DNA from: a bacterium | GTDB taxonomy: Bacteria; Muiribacteriota; UBA6191 | Assembly (NCBI GenBank): GCA_036339875.1 | Contig: JAYZAC010000095.1 | Location: forward strand, 1-64,000 | Direction of reading: 5' to 3' | Length of the DNA stretch: 64,000 nucleotides | Shown here: piece after piece, positions 28,880 to 40,424 of the stretch | Layout: each line of letters opens with the position of its first letter | Position numbering within the stretch: position 1 is the first letter of the stretch | The notes under the pieces: model-generated | Seen by the model: only the letters and a program-made list of their open reading frames with translations | Told to the model about the DNA's origin: nothing | Database searches by the model: none | Position numbers and translations under genes: made by a program

Positions 28880-30011
28880 TATCCATCAAATTAAGATAAT
28901 TTTGATATGAGGTACAAACTGAATCAGAAAATCGCTTTCTGAAGCAATTGTTATCAAAAGTTAATGCATGACTACGTAATGTGGATCTATCAAATGCCAT
29001 ATCTTGACACTTTTTTATGGCGGCTTTCATAGATTCCACAGTTTGCTCATAGAAATATATACCCGTTTTTTTATCTATTACGGTTTCCAAAGCCCCACCA
29101 CGTGCATATGCAATTACTGGTGTTCCACATGCTTGAGCTTCCAGTGGTGTGATACCAAAATCTTCTTCACCAGGAAACAAAAACCCGGTAGCTTTCTGAT
29201 AAAGTTCTACGGCTTCTTCATGTCCCACTCTACCTAGGAACTCTACATTACCTGAACCAGCCAGTTCTCGCAGATTAGATTCTTCAGGACCTACTCCTGC
29301 TAACTTTAAGGGAACACCTAGTTCTACACATGCCTTAACTGCTAAATCGACTCGTTTGTAAGGAACAAGCGCAGCTAAAATAAAAAAATATCCCTCACGC
29401 TGATCACCAATTGTAAACCTATCAGTATCCACAGGAGGATAGATCACCTCAGAATCTCGATCGTAGATTTTCTTAATTCTACGAGCGACGTTTCTTGCAT
29501 TACAAGTGTAATGATCAACACGATTAACAGCTGCGATATCCCAAATTCTTAGATAGTGCATAAATATGGGCCAAACCAAATCGATCAACCAACGCGGTTT
29601 TAAGCTAGCTTGATAAACTTTACTAAAATCCCATGCATAGCGAACTGGTGTATGCAAATAACTAAAGTGAAATGTATGCGAACGAGTAATTGCTCCCCGA
29701 GCCACACAATGAGAAGTACTGATGACCAGATCGTACTCACTTAAATCAAAAGACTCAATTGCCATCGGAAACAACGGCAGAAAAAGCTGATGCTTAGTTT
29801 TTGCAAGAGGAAGTTTATTTAGAAACGAGGGAAAGATATTACAAGAACGAATAGTATCAGACAATCTGTCTTCAATTGAAACTAAGGTATACAAGTCTCG
29901 AGGTCCCAATACTTGTATCATTTGTTCCAGAACATTCTCTCCTCCACGCATGCCAGTAAGCCAATCGTGTACAAAAGCAATTTTAAGCTGTTTTAATTCT
30001 TCTAGCTTCAA
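28866..30011 (-). CDS. GT4-family glycosyltransferase (WbaZ-like)
   Basis: VHDWLTGMRGGE, YLHTPVRYAWD, VIYPPVD, EDFGITPLEAQACG. Confidence 0.92.
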   Translation of the reverse strand: MKLEELKQLKIAFVHDWLTGMRGGENVLEQMIQVLGPRDLYTLVSIEDRLSDTIRSCNIFPSFLNKLPLAKTKHQLFLPLFPMAIESFDLSEYDLVISTSHCVARGAITRSHTFHFSYLHTPVRYAWDFSKVYQASLKPRWLIDLVWPIFMHYLRIWDIAAVNRVDHYTCNARNVARRIKKIYDRDSEVIYPPVDTDRFTIGDQREGYFFILAALVPYKRVDLAVKACVELGVPLKLAGVGPEESNLRELAGSGNVEFLGRVGHEEAVELYQKATGFLFPGEEDFGITPLEAQACGTPVIAYARGGALETVIDKKTGIYFYEQTVESMKAAIKKCQDMAFDRSTLRSHALTFDNNCFRKRFSDSVCTSYQNYLNLMDNAGL

Positions 30012-30475
30012 TGCATCTCCCTTTTTGCCAGAAATTTCCTCAGCCCTTTAAACAACTCATTAGCTCTTTGTTTCACTTGATCTTGGTCGAGCTCAAAATC
30101 CTTGAATCGGCTAAAATGTAACCATGGCGACATCTTAAAGTCTGGATCATCCGAATATCTCGGAAAAATATGCCAATGAATATGCGGAACTGCATTACCT
30201 AAACAAGAATAATTTATCTTTTTACAACCTGTCCACTCCTCTAGAAAAGAACCCATTGTAAATACTTCTTCCATAAGGTTGTTGCGTAATTCAGCCGGTA
30301 AATGATGCACTTCTCGAACACAACTTTTCGCAAGAACCATACAATAATATTTATAGAATTGGTGTTCTCCTAATACGACAAGACTATTTTCAAATTCAAA
30401 AACACTTGCACTGTTAGACCCACTGTAATGATTTTCGAGTTTTTGACAGATGACACAATTCATAGCATTAAACAT
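30008..30475 (-). CDS. HIT-family hydrolase
   Basis: N-terminal CVIC and histidine triad [15 protein letters not shown]. Confidence 0.9.
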   Translation of the reverse strand: MFNAMNCVICQKLENHYSGSNSASVFEFENSLVVLGEHQFYKYYCMVLAKSCVREVHHLPAELRNNLMEEVFTMGSFLEEWTGCKKINYSCLGNAVPHIHWHIFPRYSDDPDFKMSPWLHFSRFKDFELDQDQVKQRANELFKGLRKFLAKREMH

Positions 30476-31559
30476 TAAATCGGAAATGAACTACATCTCC
30501 ATCCTTAAGAACATACTCTTTTCCCTCTACGCGCAATAAACCCTTTTCTTTAGCTAATTGCTCGCTCCCACAATCTACATAATCTGAATAGGCAATAACC
30601 TCTGCTTTAATAAATCCTTTTTCAAAATCTGTATGAATCACTCCAGCAGCCTGCGGTGCCTTTGCACCCTTGGGAATAGTCCAAGCTCGAACTTCCTTCT
30701 CTCCAGCAGTAAAGTATGTCTGAAGACCTAGTAAATCGTAACCGGTACGAATTAGAGTATTCAATCCAGATTCTTCAAGTCCAACGCTTTCCAGAAACTC
30801 AGCCCTTTCCTCTTGGGTCTCAAGTTCAGCAATTTCAGCTTCAATTTTTGAACAAATTTTCACTAGCAAGCTACCGTCTTGTTTTGCCTTAGCCCGTAAT
30901 GCCACCACATGGGCTCCATCCTCACCCGATAAGTCATCTTCTGAAACATTGGCCACATACAGTACTTTTTTAGCACTAATTAGAAAAAGAGGTTTCATCC
31001 ACTCATACTCTTCTTCACTGAAATCTTGATGAGCTAACCACTTACCATCCTCCAGAAGGCTTTTTAGTCGAAACATAAATTCGTTTTCTTCTTTTTCCTT
31101 GCCCTTAGCCCCTCGATTATACTTTTTAGTCCTATTCTCAACGGTTTCGAGATCACGCATAATAAGTTCAGTCTCTATTACACTGACGTCTTCTAAAGGA
31201 TCTACAAGCCCGTGTACATGAGTAATATCCTCATCTTCGAAACATCTTACAACATGTACAATCGTATCAACTTCTTTGATATGACCTAAAAACTTATTTC
31301 CGAGTCCTTCTCCATCTGCAGCACCTTTAACAAGTCCTGCAATATCTACAAATTCAACTACTGCGGGGATTGTTTTCTGCGGATTTACTAACGTCACCAG
31401 TTTATCAAGGCGCTGGTCAGGAACTTTGACGATTCCCTGATTTGGCTCAATAGTACAAAAGGGATAATTGGATGCCTCGGCCTTAGCAGCCGTTAATGCA
31501 TTGAAAAGCGTAGATTTGCCGACATTTGGAAGCCCTACTATGCCACATTTTAAACCCAT
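30468..31559 (-). CDS. ychF: Redox-regulated ribosome-binding ATPase YchF
   Basis: [31 protein letters not shown] domain AAGVIHTDF, ends FRFNV. Confidence 0.98.
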   Translation of the reverse strand: MGLKCGIVGLPNVGKSTLFNALTAAKAEASNYPFCTIEPNQGIVKVPDQRLDKLVTLVNPQKTIPAVVEFVDIAGLVKGAADGEGLGNKFLGHIKEVDTIVHVVRCFEDEDITHVHGLVDPLEDVSVIETELIMRDLETVENRTKKYNRGAKGKEKEENEFMFRLKSLLEDGKWLAHQDFSEEEYEWMKPLFLISAKKVLYVANVSEDDLSGEDGAHVVALRAKAKQDGSLLVKICSKIEAEIAELETQEERAEFLESVGLEESGLNTLIRTGYDLLGLQTYFTAGEKEVRAWTIPKGAKAPQAAGVIHTDFEKGFIKAEVIAYSDYVDCGSEQLAKEKGLLRVEGKEYVLKDGDVVHFRFNV

Positions 31560-31570
31560 GGTCACCTCAC

Positions 31571-33190
31571 TTAACGAGTCAAAAGATTTACATTCAAGTA
31601 TTTATTGGAGTTATACATTGGAAAGGGTCGAAAGTTCTGTAAAACGGGGTAAGCTGCATAAACCTTTGTTTTGTACCAAAGAAGAACCCTGGATGCATCA
31701 TTTCTGGCAAGTTGCGCTGCTTGTCGTAATAGCTCGTCTCGTTCAAAATTATCAGTTTGACGACGAGATCTTTCAACTAGGCTATCAAAATTTTTATTTT
31801 CATAACCTGGATAGTTACCTTTCAAACCAGTCGATGAAGAATGAAAAAGTGGAAAAAGAAAGTTGTCGCCATCTGGAAAATCTGCAATCCAATTACGATA
31901 GAATAAATCATAGTCCATCTTTACCAATGCGCTACTAAAACTATTCCAATCTCTCGGAACCAGTTTTACTTCGATACCTAAATTTTTTAAGTTTTGCTGA
32001 ATCACCTGACATACAGCCATACTTCGAGCTTCATTTCGCAATAACAACCTTAAAGGCTTGCCATCATATTTACTTTTAGAAAAAAGCTCTTTGGCCTTAG
32101 TCAGATCATAGCTAAAATAGTCTCGATCTAAATAACCCTTCAAACCTTTTGGAACTGGTCCCGTTGCTATATCTGCTAATCCATGCTGTAGGTTCTTTAT
32201 GATATCCTCTCTATTTACAGCAAAAGCTATTGCTTGTCTCAATTTGCGGTCAGTAAATCGACCAGATTTCATGTTCATTCCAACAAAATAAAGGTTAAAT
32301 TGGTTAACTGGAAATAATCTGGCTCGAGTTGACTTCAGGGACTTCACTTCCGTAGGTGGAACTTCAATCATGTGCAAACCCTGAGCCTTAAATTCAGAAA
32401 CAAGGCTTAAAGGATCCTTGATAATTTTGTAATACACCGCATTCAAATTTCCAGACTTACGATAATGAGGGTTACTCAAAAGCAAAATATCCTGCTCACG
32501 TCTCCAAGTTTTCAGGTAATAAGGACCTGCTCCCATGGTAGATTCACCTAAATCTGCTCCCGATTCAATATAAGATTTGGAGACAATTGACATTTGAGGC
32601 ATAGCAAATAAAGAAAGAAAAGGTGCATAAGCCCTTTTAAGCGTGATTCTAATCCGACTCTTATCAAGAACTTGTATTCCCTCAAGCTGCTTTGTCTTAC
32701 CAGATTGAAAATCTTCAAATCCGGATACTTGATTTAATAACCAAGCTCTTGGAGACTTTGAATGAGGTGAAGCTAAGCGATTCAAACTGAAAGCTACGTC
32801 TTCAGCCTCCATAACAACACCATTAACAAAGCGTTGGTTATCCTTCAATAAAAAATCATAACGTCTTCCATTTTCTGAAATTCGATAATGTTTAGCTGCG
32901 TCCAAAACTAGTTCACCACTTTCATCGAATCTCAACAAATTAGAATACGTTAAACCGAGAATAACTCCTGAGTAGGTATCTGTAGAATATATTGGATCAA
33001 GAGTTTTCGGAGAAGCTTCCAAACTCAATCGAAGAGTTTTATCCGGTAAAATTAATCCAGAGGTACACGAATCACCAAACAAGCCAACCATAAGTAGAAG
33101 AGCTATAATTACTGAAATATAGAACGAAATCTTGCCTTGTCTGGCAAAAAATAACGACACTTGATTTGTTTCTGACATTTTAGAACCCAA
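31571..33190 (-). CDS. ABC transporter substrate-binding protein, family 5 (DppA/OppA-like)
   Basis: [46 protein letters not shown]-terminal TM anchor. Confidence 0.9.
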   Translation of the reverse strand: MGSKMSETNQVSLFFARQGKISFYISVIIALLLMVGLFGDSCTSGLILPDKTLRLSLEASPKTLDPIYSTDTYSGVILGLTYSNLLRFDESGELVLDAAKHYRISENGRRYDFLLKDNQRFVNGVVMEAEDVAFSLNRLASPHSKSPRAWLLNQVSGFEDFQSGKTKQLEGIQVLDKSRIRITLKRAYAPFLSLFAMPQMSIVSKSYIESGADLGESTMGAGPYYLKTWRREQDILLLSNPHYRKSGNLNAVYYKIIKDPLSLVSEFKAQGLHMIEVPPTEVKSLKSTRARLFPVNQFNLYFVGMNMKSGRFTDRKLRQAIAFAVNREDIIKNLQHGLADIATGPVPKGLKGYLDRDYFSYDLTKAKELFSKSKYDGKPLRLLLRNEARSMAVCQVIQQNLKNLGIEVKLVPRDWNSFSSALVKMDYDLFYRNWIADFPDGDNFLFPLFHSSSTGLKGNYPGYENKNFDSLVERSRRQTDNFERDELLRQAAQLARNDASRVLLWYKTKVYAAYPVLQNFRPFPMYNSNKYLNVNLLTR

Positions 33191-33262
33191 GGTAAATGAA
33201 ATAAGCCGGCTATTTTATGCAGATCCCTAATCTTGGGCAAGGACTAAATGAAAATTAAAAAT

Positions 33263-34546
33263 TTAGTCTTCAAGCTCAAGTTTTTCATACAAGGCATCAG
33301 CTTTTTCTACCCAAAACTCATCCTCAACATTTTGAACTATTTGATTTAAAATCTGACCCGCCAAATGTTCTTCCCCTAGACGCCAATGACATTCTGCTTT
33401 GTAAAGCAATGCGTGACCATCATTTGTCACAAGATCCAATGACTTTTGGTAGCTCATTATTGCCTCGCGAAATCTACCTTGGTATCTACAAACATCTCCA
33501 ATACCATTTAAGGCATACAAGTCTTCTGGGTCTAACTGAATCGCTGTATCAAAATGCATTAACGCTTTCTTAAAGAGTTCTTGTTCCAGGTAAAGTTTGC
33601 CTATAGTGTAATGGGCAAATGCATAGGATGGGTCTAATTCAATAGCTTTCTTTAGGTTACCCCATGCTTTCAGTATTAAATTTTTACGCTTCTGACAAGC
33701 TGCTAAATCTGTTAGTAGTCCGCAATCTTTATCTTCCAAACTGATTGCTTTTTCATAATTTAATATAGCCTCATCAACATCACCTAATTCTTGCTGAACC
33801 GACGCTAGAGCAGCTTTGATTTTCCATGAATTTTTATCCAATGACTCAGCTTTCTTAAAATATAGAAGCGCATTACTAAGGTTACCTTCCTCAACTTCTA
33901 GATTACCAAGACTATAATGTCCTATAGACTTATCGGGATATGTTTGAGCAATCTTCTTAAAGGTGCGCCTAGCACCGCGAAAGTCCTCTTCCCTCATCTG
34001 AATCTCGCCTAAATTTCCGAGCAATAAATGATTCTCAGGCGTCGACTGAAGGGCCTGTTCAATGACAAATTTAGCGTCTTCCAACTGTCCTCTCTGAAAA
34101 AGAATAATCGCCTTCGAGTTATAGTTATAAATGTCTTTGGAATCAATAAAGATAGCTTTATCTAAACATTCCAAAGCCATATCAAACTCACCAGACAATT
34201 TATAAGCTAAAGCAAGAGAATTCCAGGAGTAAACGTCTTTGGAATCTATCTCTACAGCCTTATTAAATTCCTTAATCGCATTACTGTAATCTCCTTTATC
34301 AAGATAGGTATTACCTAAAAGATAATGCGAAAATAAATCTCCACCTTTAACTTTTATGGCCTTTTTAAGAACCTGAACAGCTTTTTCAAATTTATTACGT
34401 TCGTTGTACACAAAGGCTAACTTATTGTACGAATATACATCGTCAGGAAACGCTTCAATGGACTTTATAAACCATTTTTCTGCCGATTCAAGATCACCCT
34501 TTTGTAAACTCTCTAAACCTTCGTCATAAAATTGATTTGCAGACAT
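33263..34546 (-). CDS. Soluble TPR-repeat protein
   Basis: Regular 34-aa TPR repeats along the whole 427 aa. Confidence 0.9.
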   Translation of the reverse strand: MSANQFYDEGLESLQKGDLESAEKWFIKSIEAFPDDVYSYNKLAFVYNERNKFEKAVQVLKKAIKVKGGDLFSHYLLGNTYLDKGDYSNAIKEFNKAVEIDSKDVYSWNSLALAYKLSGEFDMALECLDKAIFIDSKDIYNYNSKAIILFQRGQLEDAKFVIEQALQSTPENHLLLGNLGEIQMREEDFRGARRTFKKIAQTYPDKSIGHYSLGNLEVEEGNLSNALLYFKKAESLDKNSWKIKAALASVQQELGDVDEAILNYEKAISLEDKDCGLLTDLAACQKRKNLILKAWGNLKKAIELDPSYAFAHYTIGKLYLEQELFKKALMHFDTAIQLDPEDLYALNGIGDVCRYQGRFREAIMSYQKSLDLVTNDGHALLYKAECHWRLGEEHLAGQILNQIVQNVEDEFWVEKADALYEKLELED

Positions 34547-34647
34547 AGCTCCCCTTCATCAAAATGACCGCTAAATCTTGCGACTTACCATTATAAACAC
34601 TAAAGCTGGTTTGTGCATGGCGGCATTGAAGCGTTTAACTAACAACA

Positions 34648-36015
34648 TTAAGATGTAAATAATCCTCTGGTACTTCCAATTGCATCGACAAAACGAAGTG
34701 ACTCTGAATACGATTCCTTCTGAAATAATGTTCTTGCTCTTGATGGAAGCATAATATCAGTAAAGCCTTGCTTAATTGCCTCTCTTACTCTGTAATCTGC
34801 CCGAGGCACTAATCGCACCTCTCCACCGAGACCAACTTCGCCAAAAACTAACATACCCTTCGATAAAGCTTGATTTTTCAGTGAGGATAAAATTGCTGTC
34901 ACGACAGCCAAATCAAGACCTGGGTCTGAGGTTTTAATACCTCCCGCAATATTAACGTAAACATCGTACTGCCCTAGGTTGAGACCCATTCGTTTTTCCA
35001 TTACTGCAAGTAACAACTGAACTCTATTCAAATCATAACCCATGACCGTTCTCTTGGGATGAGTATAATGATTATCACTCAGCAGAGCCTGTACTTCTAC
35101 AAGAAAAGCCTGACTTCCCTCTAAAATAACACTCAAGCAGGAACCCGATTCTAAGCGTTCATCTTCAAGAAAAAATTTTGAGGGGTTAGAAACAGATTTC
35201 AAGCCCTGATTACTCATTTCAAATATTCCAACCTCATCAGTCGCGCCGTATCGATTTTTGTGACCTCGCAAAAGTCGGAATACATGGTTACGATCACCCT
35301 CAAAATGTAAGACTACGTCGACCATATGCTCCAGCATTCTTGGACCTGCCAAGTCTCCACCCTTTGTCACATGTCCTACCAAAAGGCAAGTAAGACCACG
35401 AGGTTTACAAAAATCAAGAAGCTTCATTGTACACTCTCGCACCTGTGATACCGTACCTGGTGTGGAATCTAGGTCACGAGTACGAATTGTTTGTATCGAG
35501 TCTAGAATCAAAATATCAGGTTTTACATCTAAAACTTGTTTTTGAATAGATTCTAATAAAGTTTCCGAAACAAGATACATTTCACCATTTTCAAAACCTA
35601 AACGCTTTGCTCTTAATTTAACCTGTGATTCAGACTCCTCTCCGGAAGCGTAAAGTACTCTTGACTTAGACTGTGCTAAGCTCTTACACAATTGAAGTAG
35701 CAAAGTTGATTTTCCAATGCCAGGCTCACCGCCTATAAGAACCATCGCACCAGGTACTAATCCTCCTCCTAAAACTTGATCAAGCTCACTAATACCTGTA
35801 TTGATACGATCTTGATTTTCAAAATTAATATCTTCTAGTTTTACAGCACTACCACCACGAGCAAGAGATTCGACTTTTTTCTGCTCACCCTTCTTAAATA
35901 TTTCGGTGACCTCTTCCTGTAAGGTATTCCATTGACCACATGCCGAACAACTTCCTTGCCATCTTGCATGCTGATGTCCGCACGCAGTACACACATAAAG
36001 AGTCTTCTTTTTCAA
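34648..36015 (-). CDS. radA: DNA repair protein RadA/Sms
   Basis: CTACG..W.G.C..C zinc finger, GEPGIGKST, GEES, KNRYG, Lon-like GEVGLGGE. Confidence 0.97.
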   Translation of the reverse strand: MKKKTLYVCTACGHQHARWQGSCSACGQWNTLQEEVTEIFKKGEQKKVESLARGGSAVKLEDINFENQDRINTGISELDQVLGGGLVPGAMVLIGGEPGIGKSTLLLQLCKSLAQSKSRVLYASGEESESQVKLRAKRLGFENGEMYLVSETLLESIQKQVLDVKPDILILDSIQTIRTRDLDSTPGTVSQVRECTMKLLDFCKPRGLTCLLVGHVTKGGDLAGPRMLEHMVDVVLHFEGDRNHVFRLLRGHKNRYGATDEVGIFEMSNQGLKSVSNPSKFFLEDERLESGSCLSVILEGSQAFLVEVQALLSDNHYTHPKRTVMGYDLNRVQLLLAVMEKRMGLNLGQYDVYVNIAGGIKTSDPGLDLAVVTAILSSLKNQALSKGMLVFGEVGLGGEVRLVPRADYRVREAIKQGFTDIMLPSRARTLFQKESYSESLRFVDAIGSTRGLFTS

Positions 36016-36974
36016 AACTCCCCCTCATAGGCCTGAATAAAATCTCCATCTCTAAGCTGCGCACCTGCAAGAAACTGTTTCACCGGCATCCGTTTTTTCC
36101 CTTCTAATTGAATTTCAAGTAAACTAGCTTGTCCACCTTTTAATTCCATTATAAGCGACTTATTGGCATCAATTCGTATCCTACCAGGTTGCATATTCGA
36201 GTTATTCGGCCTCCACTTCATATCCCACACTATTAACTTTTTATTCTTCCAACTAAATACTAATCCGTAATGATCTCTTAAAGCCCTCCATTGGTTAAAA
36301 ATTTGACTCCCACTATCTCCAAAATTAACATATGCATCTCTTCTTGTGATTTTTGCAGCATATGTAACACCGGAAGATACTTGTTTTACTCGGTTTGCAT
36401 CGAAGTTAGAATTTTTGTGCAATACTTCCAATAATAATTTTGAACAACTCTGTTGCATGTGCTCCGAAAGTTCTCGAATTGACCAGTCTGGGCTAATACT
36501 GAAATTCTCTTTCAGTAAGACATCCCCCTCATCTAATCCAGCAGTCATATCCATAATACACATAGCTGTTTGATGATCACCCTCGATCAAACAACGCTCC
36601 ATGGGAGCGGCACCTCGCCAGCGCGGTAAAGCTGAAGCATGTCCATTAAGAAAGGAAAATTTTGCGGTATCAAGAATTCTTTGGGGCAAAATCTGTCCAT
36701 AAGCCACTACTACTCCAAAATCAGGATTTATTTCTCTTAGAAGATACAAAGGTGCAAGCTTCTTCATTGAAACTGGCTGATTGACCGATATTCCAAATTT
36801 TAACGCAGTTTCTTTAACCGGAGGTGCCTTCAAAATTCTCTTACGCCCGTAAGGCTTATCAGGCTGAGTAAAAACCGCCTCTATAGATAATTGTTCATCC
36901 AAGACTATATCCTCGAGCACTTTAGCTGAAAACTGTGAACTCCCAAAGTAGACAATTTTAGTCTTTTTACTCAT
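36012..36974 (-). CDS. fmt: Methionyl-tRNA formyltransferase
   Basis: TQPDKP.GR, VVAYGQIL, HASALPRWRGAAP, LDEGD. Confidence 0.95.
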   Translation of the reverse strand: MSKKTKIVYFGSSQFSAKVLEDIVLDEQLSIEAVFTQPDKPYGRKRILKAPPVKETALKFGISVNQPVSMKKLAPLYLLREINPDFGVVVAYGQILPQRILDTAKFSFLNGHASALPRWRGAAPMERCLIEGDHQTAMCIMDMTAGLDEGDVLLKENFSISPDWSIRELSEHMQQSCSKLLLEVLHKNSNFDANRVKQVSSGVTYAAKITRRDAYVNFGDSGSQIFNQWRALRDHYGLVFSWKNKKLIVWDMKWRPNNSNMQPGRIRIDANKSLIMELKGGQASLLEIQLEGKKRMPVKQFLAGAQLRDGDFIQAYEGEF

Positions 36975-37014
36975 GTTTTTGTCCTTTCATACGGAGCATA
37001 ATGATACACTGAGG

Positions 37015-39210
37015 ATGGTGAAGACATCTAAGAAAAACAACAAGGCCGATCTTTTGAGATCTCTAATTCTCGATTTATTAGCTCAAAACAACCCAAAGGG
37101 CCTTTCATTCAAAGGAATCTTACAGAACCTTCCTGCCCAATATTCACACCGGTCTATTGTCAAATCAGAAATAAGTCAATTATTGAGCGAAAGACTGATC
37201 AATCGCAAAGGTAAAGGCTATCGAATCAATCTTAAACACAAAAATTCTGAACAAAAAAATCATCGTGAAACTTATGAGGGCATTGTCCAAAAACAAAAGT
37301 CGGGAACTTTGCTCATCCCCCTTAATGACAAGTTAATTAAAGTTTATCCAGAAAATACTAAAGGCGCATTAGCTGGTGATAAAGTTCGCTTACAAATTAC
37401 ACAACGTCGCAACAATGGAACATTAATTGGCCGTATCACAAAAATATTAGAGAGAGGAACCTCAAGAATTCTATTTAAGAAAAGTAGGGGTAGATTAATC
37501 CCACATACCCCACTTCCGCTTCCTATTATTTTAAGTCCAAAATATAAAAGAAAGAAATTAGAAGAGAATTGTTGGTATCTCGCTGAACCAACAGACAGAA
37601 TATCAACTGAATACATAGAAATTGATGTGCTAGAAAAGGCCTCCGACCGTTATGATCTAGATGCACAAAGTCTTCTAGCTCAGTACGATATCCCAATAGA
37701 ATTTACAACCAAAGTTATTGATTCAATCGATAACAATCCAGCTGAATTATGCGAACGTGTAGATATTACGGATCAAGTTTGTTTTACAATTGATGGTGCC
37801 ACTGCAAAAGATTTCGACGATGCCATTAGTATTCAGAGGCATGGTAATGACTTCAAATTAGGCGTACATATTGCAGATGTAAGCCATTTTGTGCGACCTG
37901 ATAGTCTTCTTGATGAATGCGCCAGAAACAGAGGTACCTCTTTATACTTTCCCAGACTTGTGGTTCCAATGTTACCTGAGGAGCTTAGCAACAATTTATG
38001 TAGTCTAATACCTGATGAGGATAGACACGCTATGACTTGTGAAATGCTATTCAGCGCCAAGGGGCATTTAAAAAAGGCTTGGTTTTTCCCATCTAAAATT
38101 CGATCAAGACAAAGATTCACTTATGAACAAGTTCAGTCAATCTATGAAGGTGAAATCTCTCATCAATATGAATGCCAAATAAAAGATTGTTTTGAATTAT
38201 ACAAAGCTCTTTGGGACCAGCGACTTAAACGAGGCACTATTGATTTCGACCTACCAGAGCCCCAGATAATATTAGATGAAAATTACAATGTAGATAGTAT
38301 CACACCGCTAGAAAGAGTCGACGCACATAAAATGATAGAAGAGTTCATGATCGCAGCAAATGTTTCTATAGCAAAATTTTGCGCTCAGCAGTGCATCGTC
38401 GCTCCGTTTCGACATCACGGAACACCACGCGCTGAAGGTGTAGAAGAATTGCGACTCACACTAAATTCGGTTGGGATTAATACTAAACAATTGGAACTCA
38501 ATTCACCTAAAACATTTCAAAATATTCTTAATCAATGTAAGGAAGAGGTAAAACCTTTTATACAACCATTGATACTTAGATCGATGCAACAAGCTTTTTA
38601 TTCCGTTGAGAAATCTGAACACTTTGGTTTAGCACTTGAATATTACTGTCACTTCACTTCTCCCATTCGCCGCTATCCAGATTTGATTGTGCATCGTCAA
38701 ATGCGTCAATTTGTTATCGAAAATGATCTTAAACTACCCTTTCCTATTCATCCGTTTAAACTTGGTTACAGAAAAAAATTACAAAATCCAAAATTATCTG
38801 AGGCCTCTAAAATCGCTCAAAAAAGTTCTCAATTAGAAAGACGAGCTGTTGAATTAGAAAGAGAATACCAACAACGTAAAAAAGTTACGTTCATGCAACA
38901 GTTTATAAATCAGGAATTTACAGTTCGAGTTAGCGGGATTGTCAAATCAGGCATATTCGCTTGTATACCCGAATATGGAGTAGAAGGATTTATTGCATTA
39001 ACAGAATTACCAGGCTACTGGGAATTTAATGAACAAAAGTCTGAATTTAGTCAAAATCCTAGAAGTAAAAATCGATTAAGACCAGGCGATACACTAGATA
39101 TCTGCATTGCGAAAGCTGACAAAGATGAGTCCCGTATCGATTTTAGACTGAGCGATAATCAGTGGGCTATTTTCAATAATCTCCGAAGGACCCCCGGTAA
39201 AACCAGATGA
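37015..39210 (+). CDS. rnr: Ribonuclease R (RNB family)
   Basis: TIDGATAKDFDDAIS, HIADVS, HFTSPIRRYPD, C-terminal S1 domain. Start uncertain (36973, 37015 or 37018). Confidence 0.92.
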   Translation: MVKTSKKNNKADLLRSLILDLLAQNNPKGLSFKGILQNLPAQYSHRSIVKSEISQLLSERLINRKGKGYRINLKHKNSEQKNHRETYEGIVQKQKSGTLLIPLNDKLIKVYPENTKGALAGDKVRLQITQRRNNGTLIGRITKILERGTSRILFKKSRGRLIPHTPLPLPIILSPKYKRKKLEENCWYLAEPTDRISTEYIEIDVLEKASDRYDLDAQSLLAQYDIPIEFTTKVIDSIDNNPAELCERVDITDQVCFTIDGATAKDFDDAISIQRHGNDFKLGVHIADVSHFVRPDSLLDECARNRGTSLYFPRLVVPMLPEELSNNLCSLIPDEDRHAMTCEMLFSAKGHLKKAWFFPSKIRSRQRFTYEQVQSIYEGEISHQYECQIKDCFELYKALWDQRLKRGTIDFDLPEPQIILDENYNVDSITPLERVDAHKMIEEFMIAANVSIAKFCAQQCIVAPFRHHGTPRAEGVEELRLTLNSVGINTKQLELNSPKTFQNILNQCKEEVKPFIQPLILRSMQQAFYSVEKSEHFGLALEYYCHFTSPIRRYPDLIVHRQMRQFVIENDLKLPFPIHPFKLGYRKKLQNPKLSEASKIAQKSSQLERRAVELEREYQQRKKVTFMQQFINQEFTVRVSGIVKSGIFACIPEYGVEGFIALTELPGYWEFNEQKSEFSQNPRSKNRLRPGDTLDICIAKADKDESRIDFRLSDNQWAIFNNLRRTPGKTR

Positions 39211-39227
39211 AATCAACCTTTAGTAAA

Positions 39228-40424
39228 TTACTGCTTGCTAACTCTCAGACGACTAATTCGGCGTGCGTCTGCCTCGAGTATTAAAATTCTCAAACCTTGC
39301 AAACTTATCAAGGTCCCTCTATTAGGAATCCCACCACAATATTCTAGTAAAAATCCATTGACGGTTTTCGATCTAGTCTCAGGTATGCTTAGTTGAAAAT
39401 ATTCAATGAACTCGTCTAAATCCATAACCGCATCTACAAGATAGGTATCGCTACTCAGTTTCCTGAGACTAGATTGATCAAATTCATCCTCAATTTCCCC
39501 TACCAATTCCTCTAAAATATCCTCCATAGTGAGAATCCCTAAACTTTTGTCCTCACTACTTACTATGGCGAACTGACGCTTATTCTGCTGAAAAATCTCT
39601 AATGCTTCGTAACATGAGCAAGTTGGAACCATCGTAATCACTTCATCCATATGTTCTCTTACAGATTCACCCAGATGCCTTAGGAGTGGTAATTGATTAG
39701 CTCTAAATATACCCACTACATTATTCTCATGTGAAACTACGGGATAACGCGAAAATCCGTGTAATCGTGCATTATCAAGAGCTTCGATTGTGCTACAGGA
39801 TTCCGATATACTAATCATTCTCGTTAGAGGTGTCATAATGCTATCGATGCGAGTTTCAAATAAATTATCGACTTGTCTTAAGATTTCGCGCTCTTCTTGA
39901 TCTAGGTCCTGCTCATCTTGTTTTTGAGCCAGATCTAATGATGTTCTCATCATATATTCTTTTAAGCGAAGATTAAGCTGACCCCACAAATCGCGCCCTA
40001 GAACTCCAATGGCTAAACCCTCTTCTAGTTTACTAAGGCTCAGAAAGGGACCCGAAAATCGCTCATACAGACCAATCAGTACATGTATGATTCCAGTATT
40101 TTTATTAATGATCCATCTATCCAAACTAATACAAAAAACAAAGTAGCTTAACAGAATCGAACAACAGATGATGGTCAAGTCCAAAGACTCAAACCAAGGC
40201 TGACATACCGCTACAAACAAAGGGGAAATAGCCAATACAAAGTAGATGCAATTAAACCATAACTCGCGGCTACTATAATAAGCTTTTGACTCGTCAAACT
40301 TACGCTCATCTAAAATCGTTGAGTCAAAGCTTGGTATACAACCTGCAAGCGATAACACACGAACTATCCCTAACCGTCTTAAGAATAAAAAGAATAGGCC
40401 CCATATAATACAAAATACTGTCAT
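39228..40424 (-). CDS. HlyC/CorC-type CBS-domain protein with N-terminal TM segments
   Basis: IMTP, GFSRYPV, GILTMEDILEELVGEIEDEFD, C-terminal CorC_HlyC domain. Confidence 0.85.
   Translation of the reverse strand: MTVFCIIWGLFFLFLRRLGIVRVLSLAGCIPSFDSTILDERKFDESKAYYSSRELWFNCIYFVLAISPLFVAVCQPWFESLDLTIICCSILLSYFVFCISLDRWIINKNTGIIHVLIGLYERFSGPFLSLSKLEEGLAIGVLGRDLWGQLNLRLKEYMMRTSLDLAQKQDEQDLDQEEREILRQVDNLFETRIDSIMTPLTRMISISESCSTIEALDNARLHGFSRYPVVSHENNVVGIFRANQLPLLRHLGESVREHMDEVITMVPTCSCYEALEIFQQNKRQFAIVSSEDKSLGILTMEDILEELVGEIEDEFDQSSLRKLSSDTYLVDAVMDLDEFIEYFQLSIPETRSKTVNGFLLEYCGGIPNRGTLISLQGLRILILEADARRISRLRVSKQ

Noticed and set aside
31468..31938. 156-aa plus-strand ORF across the ychF/SBP junction
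   Set aside because: Entirely antisense to two confident genes, with no recognisable motif.
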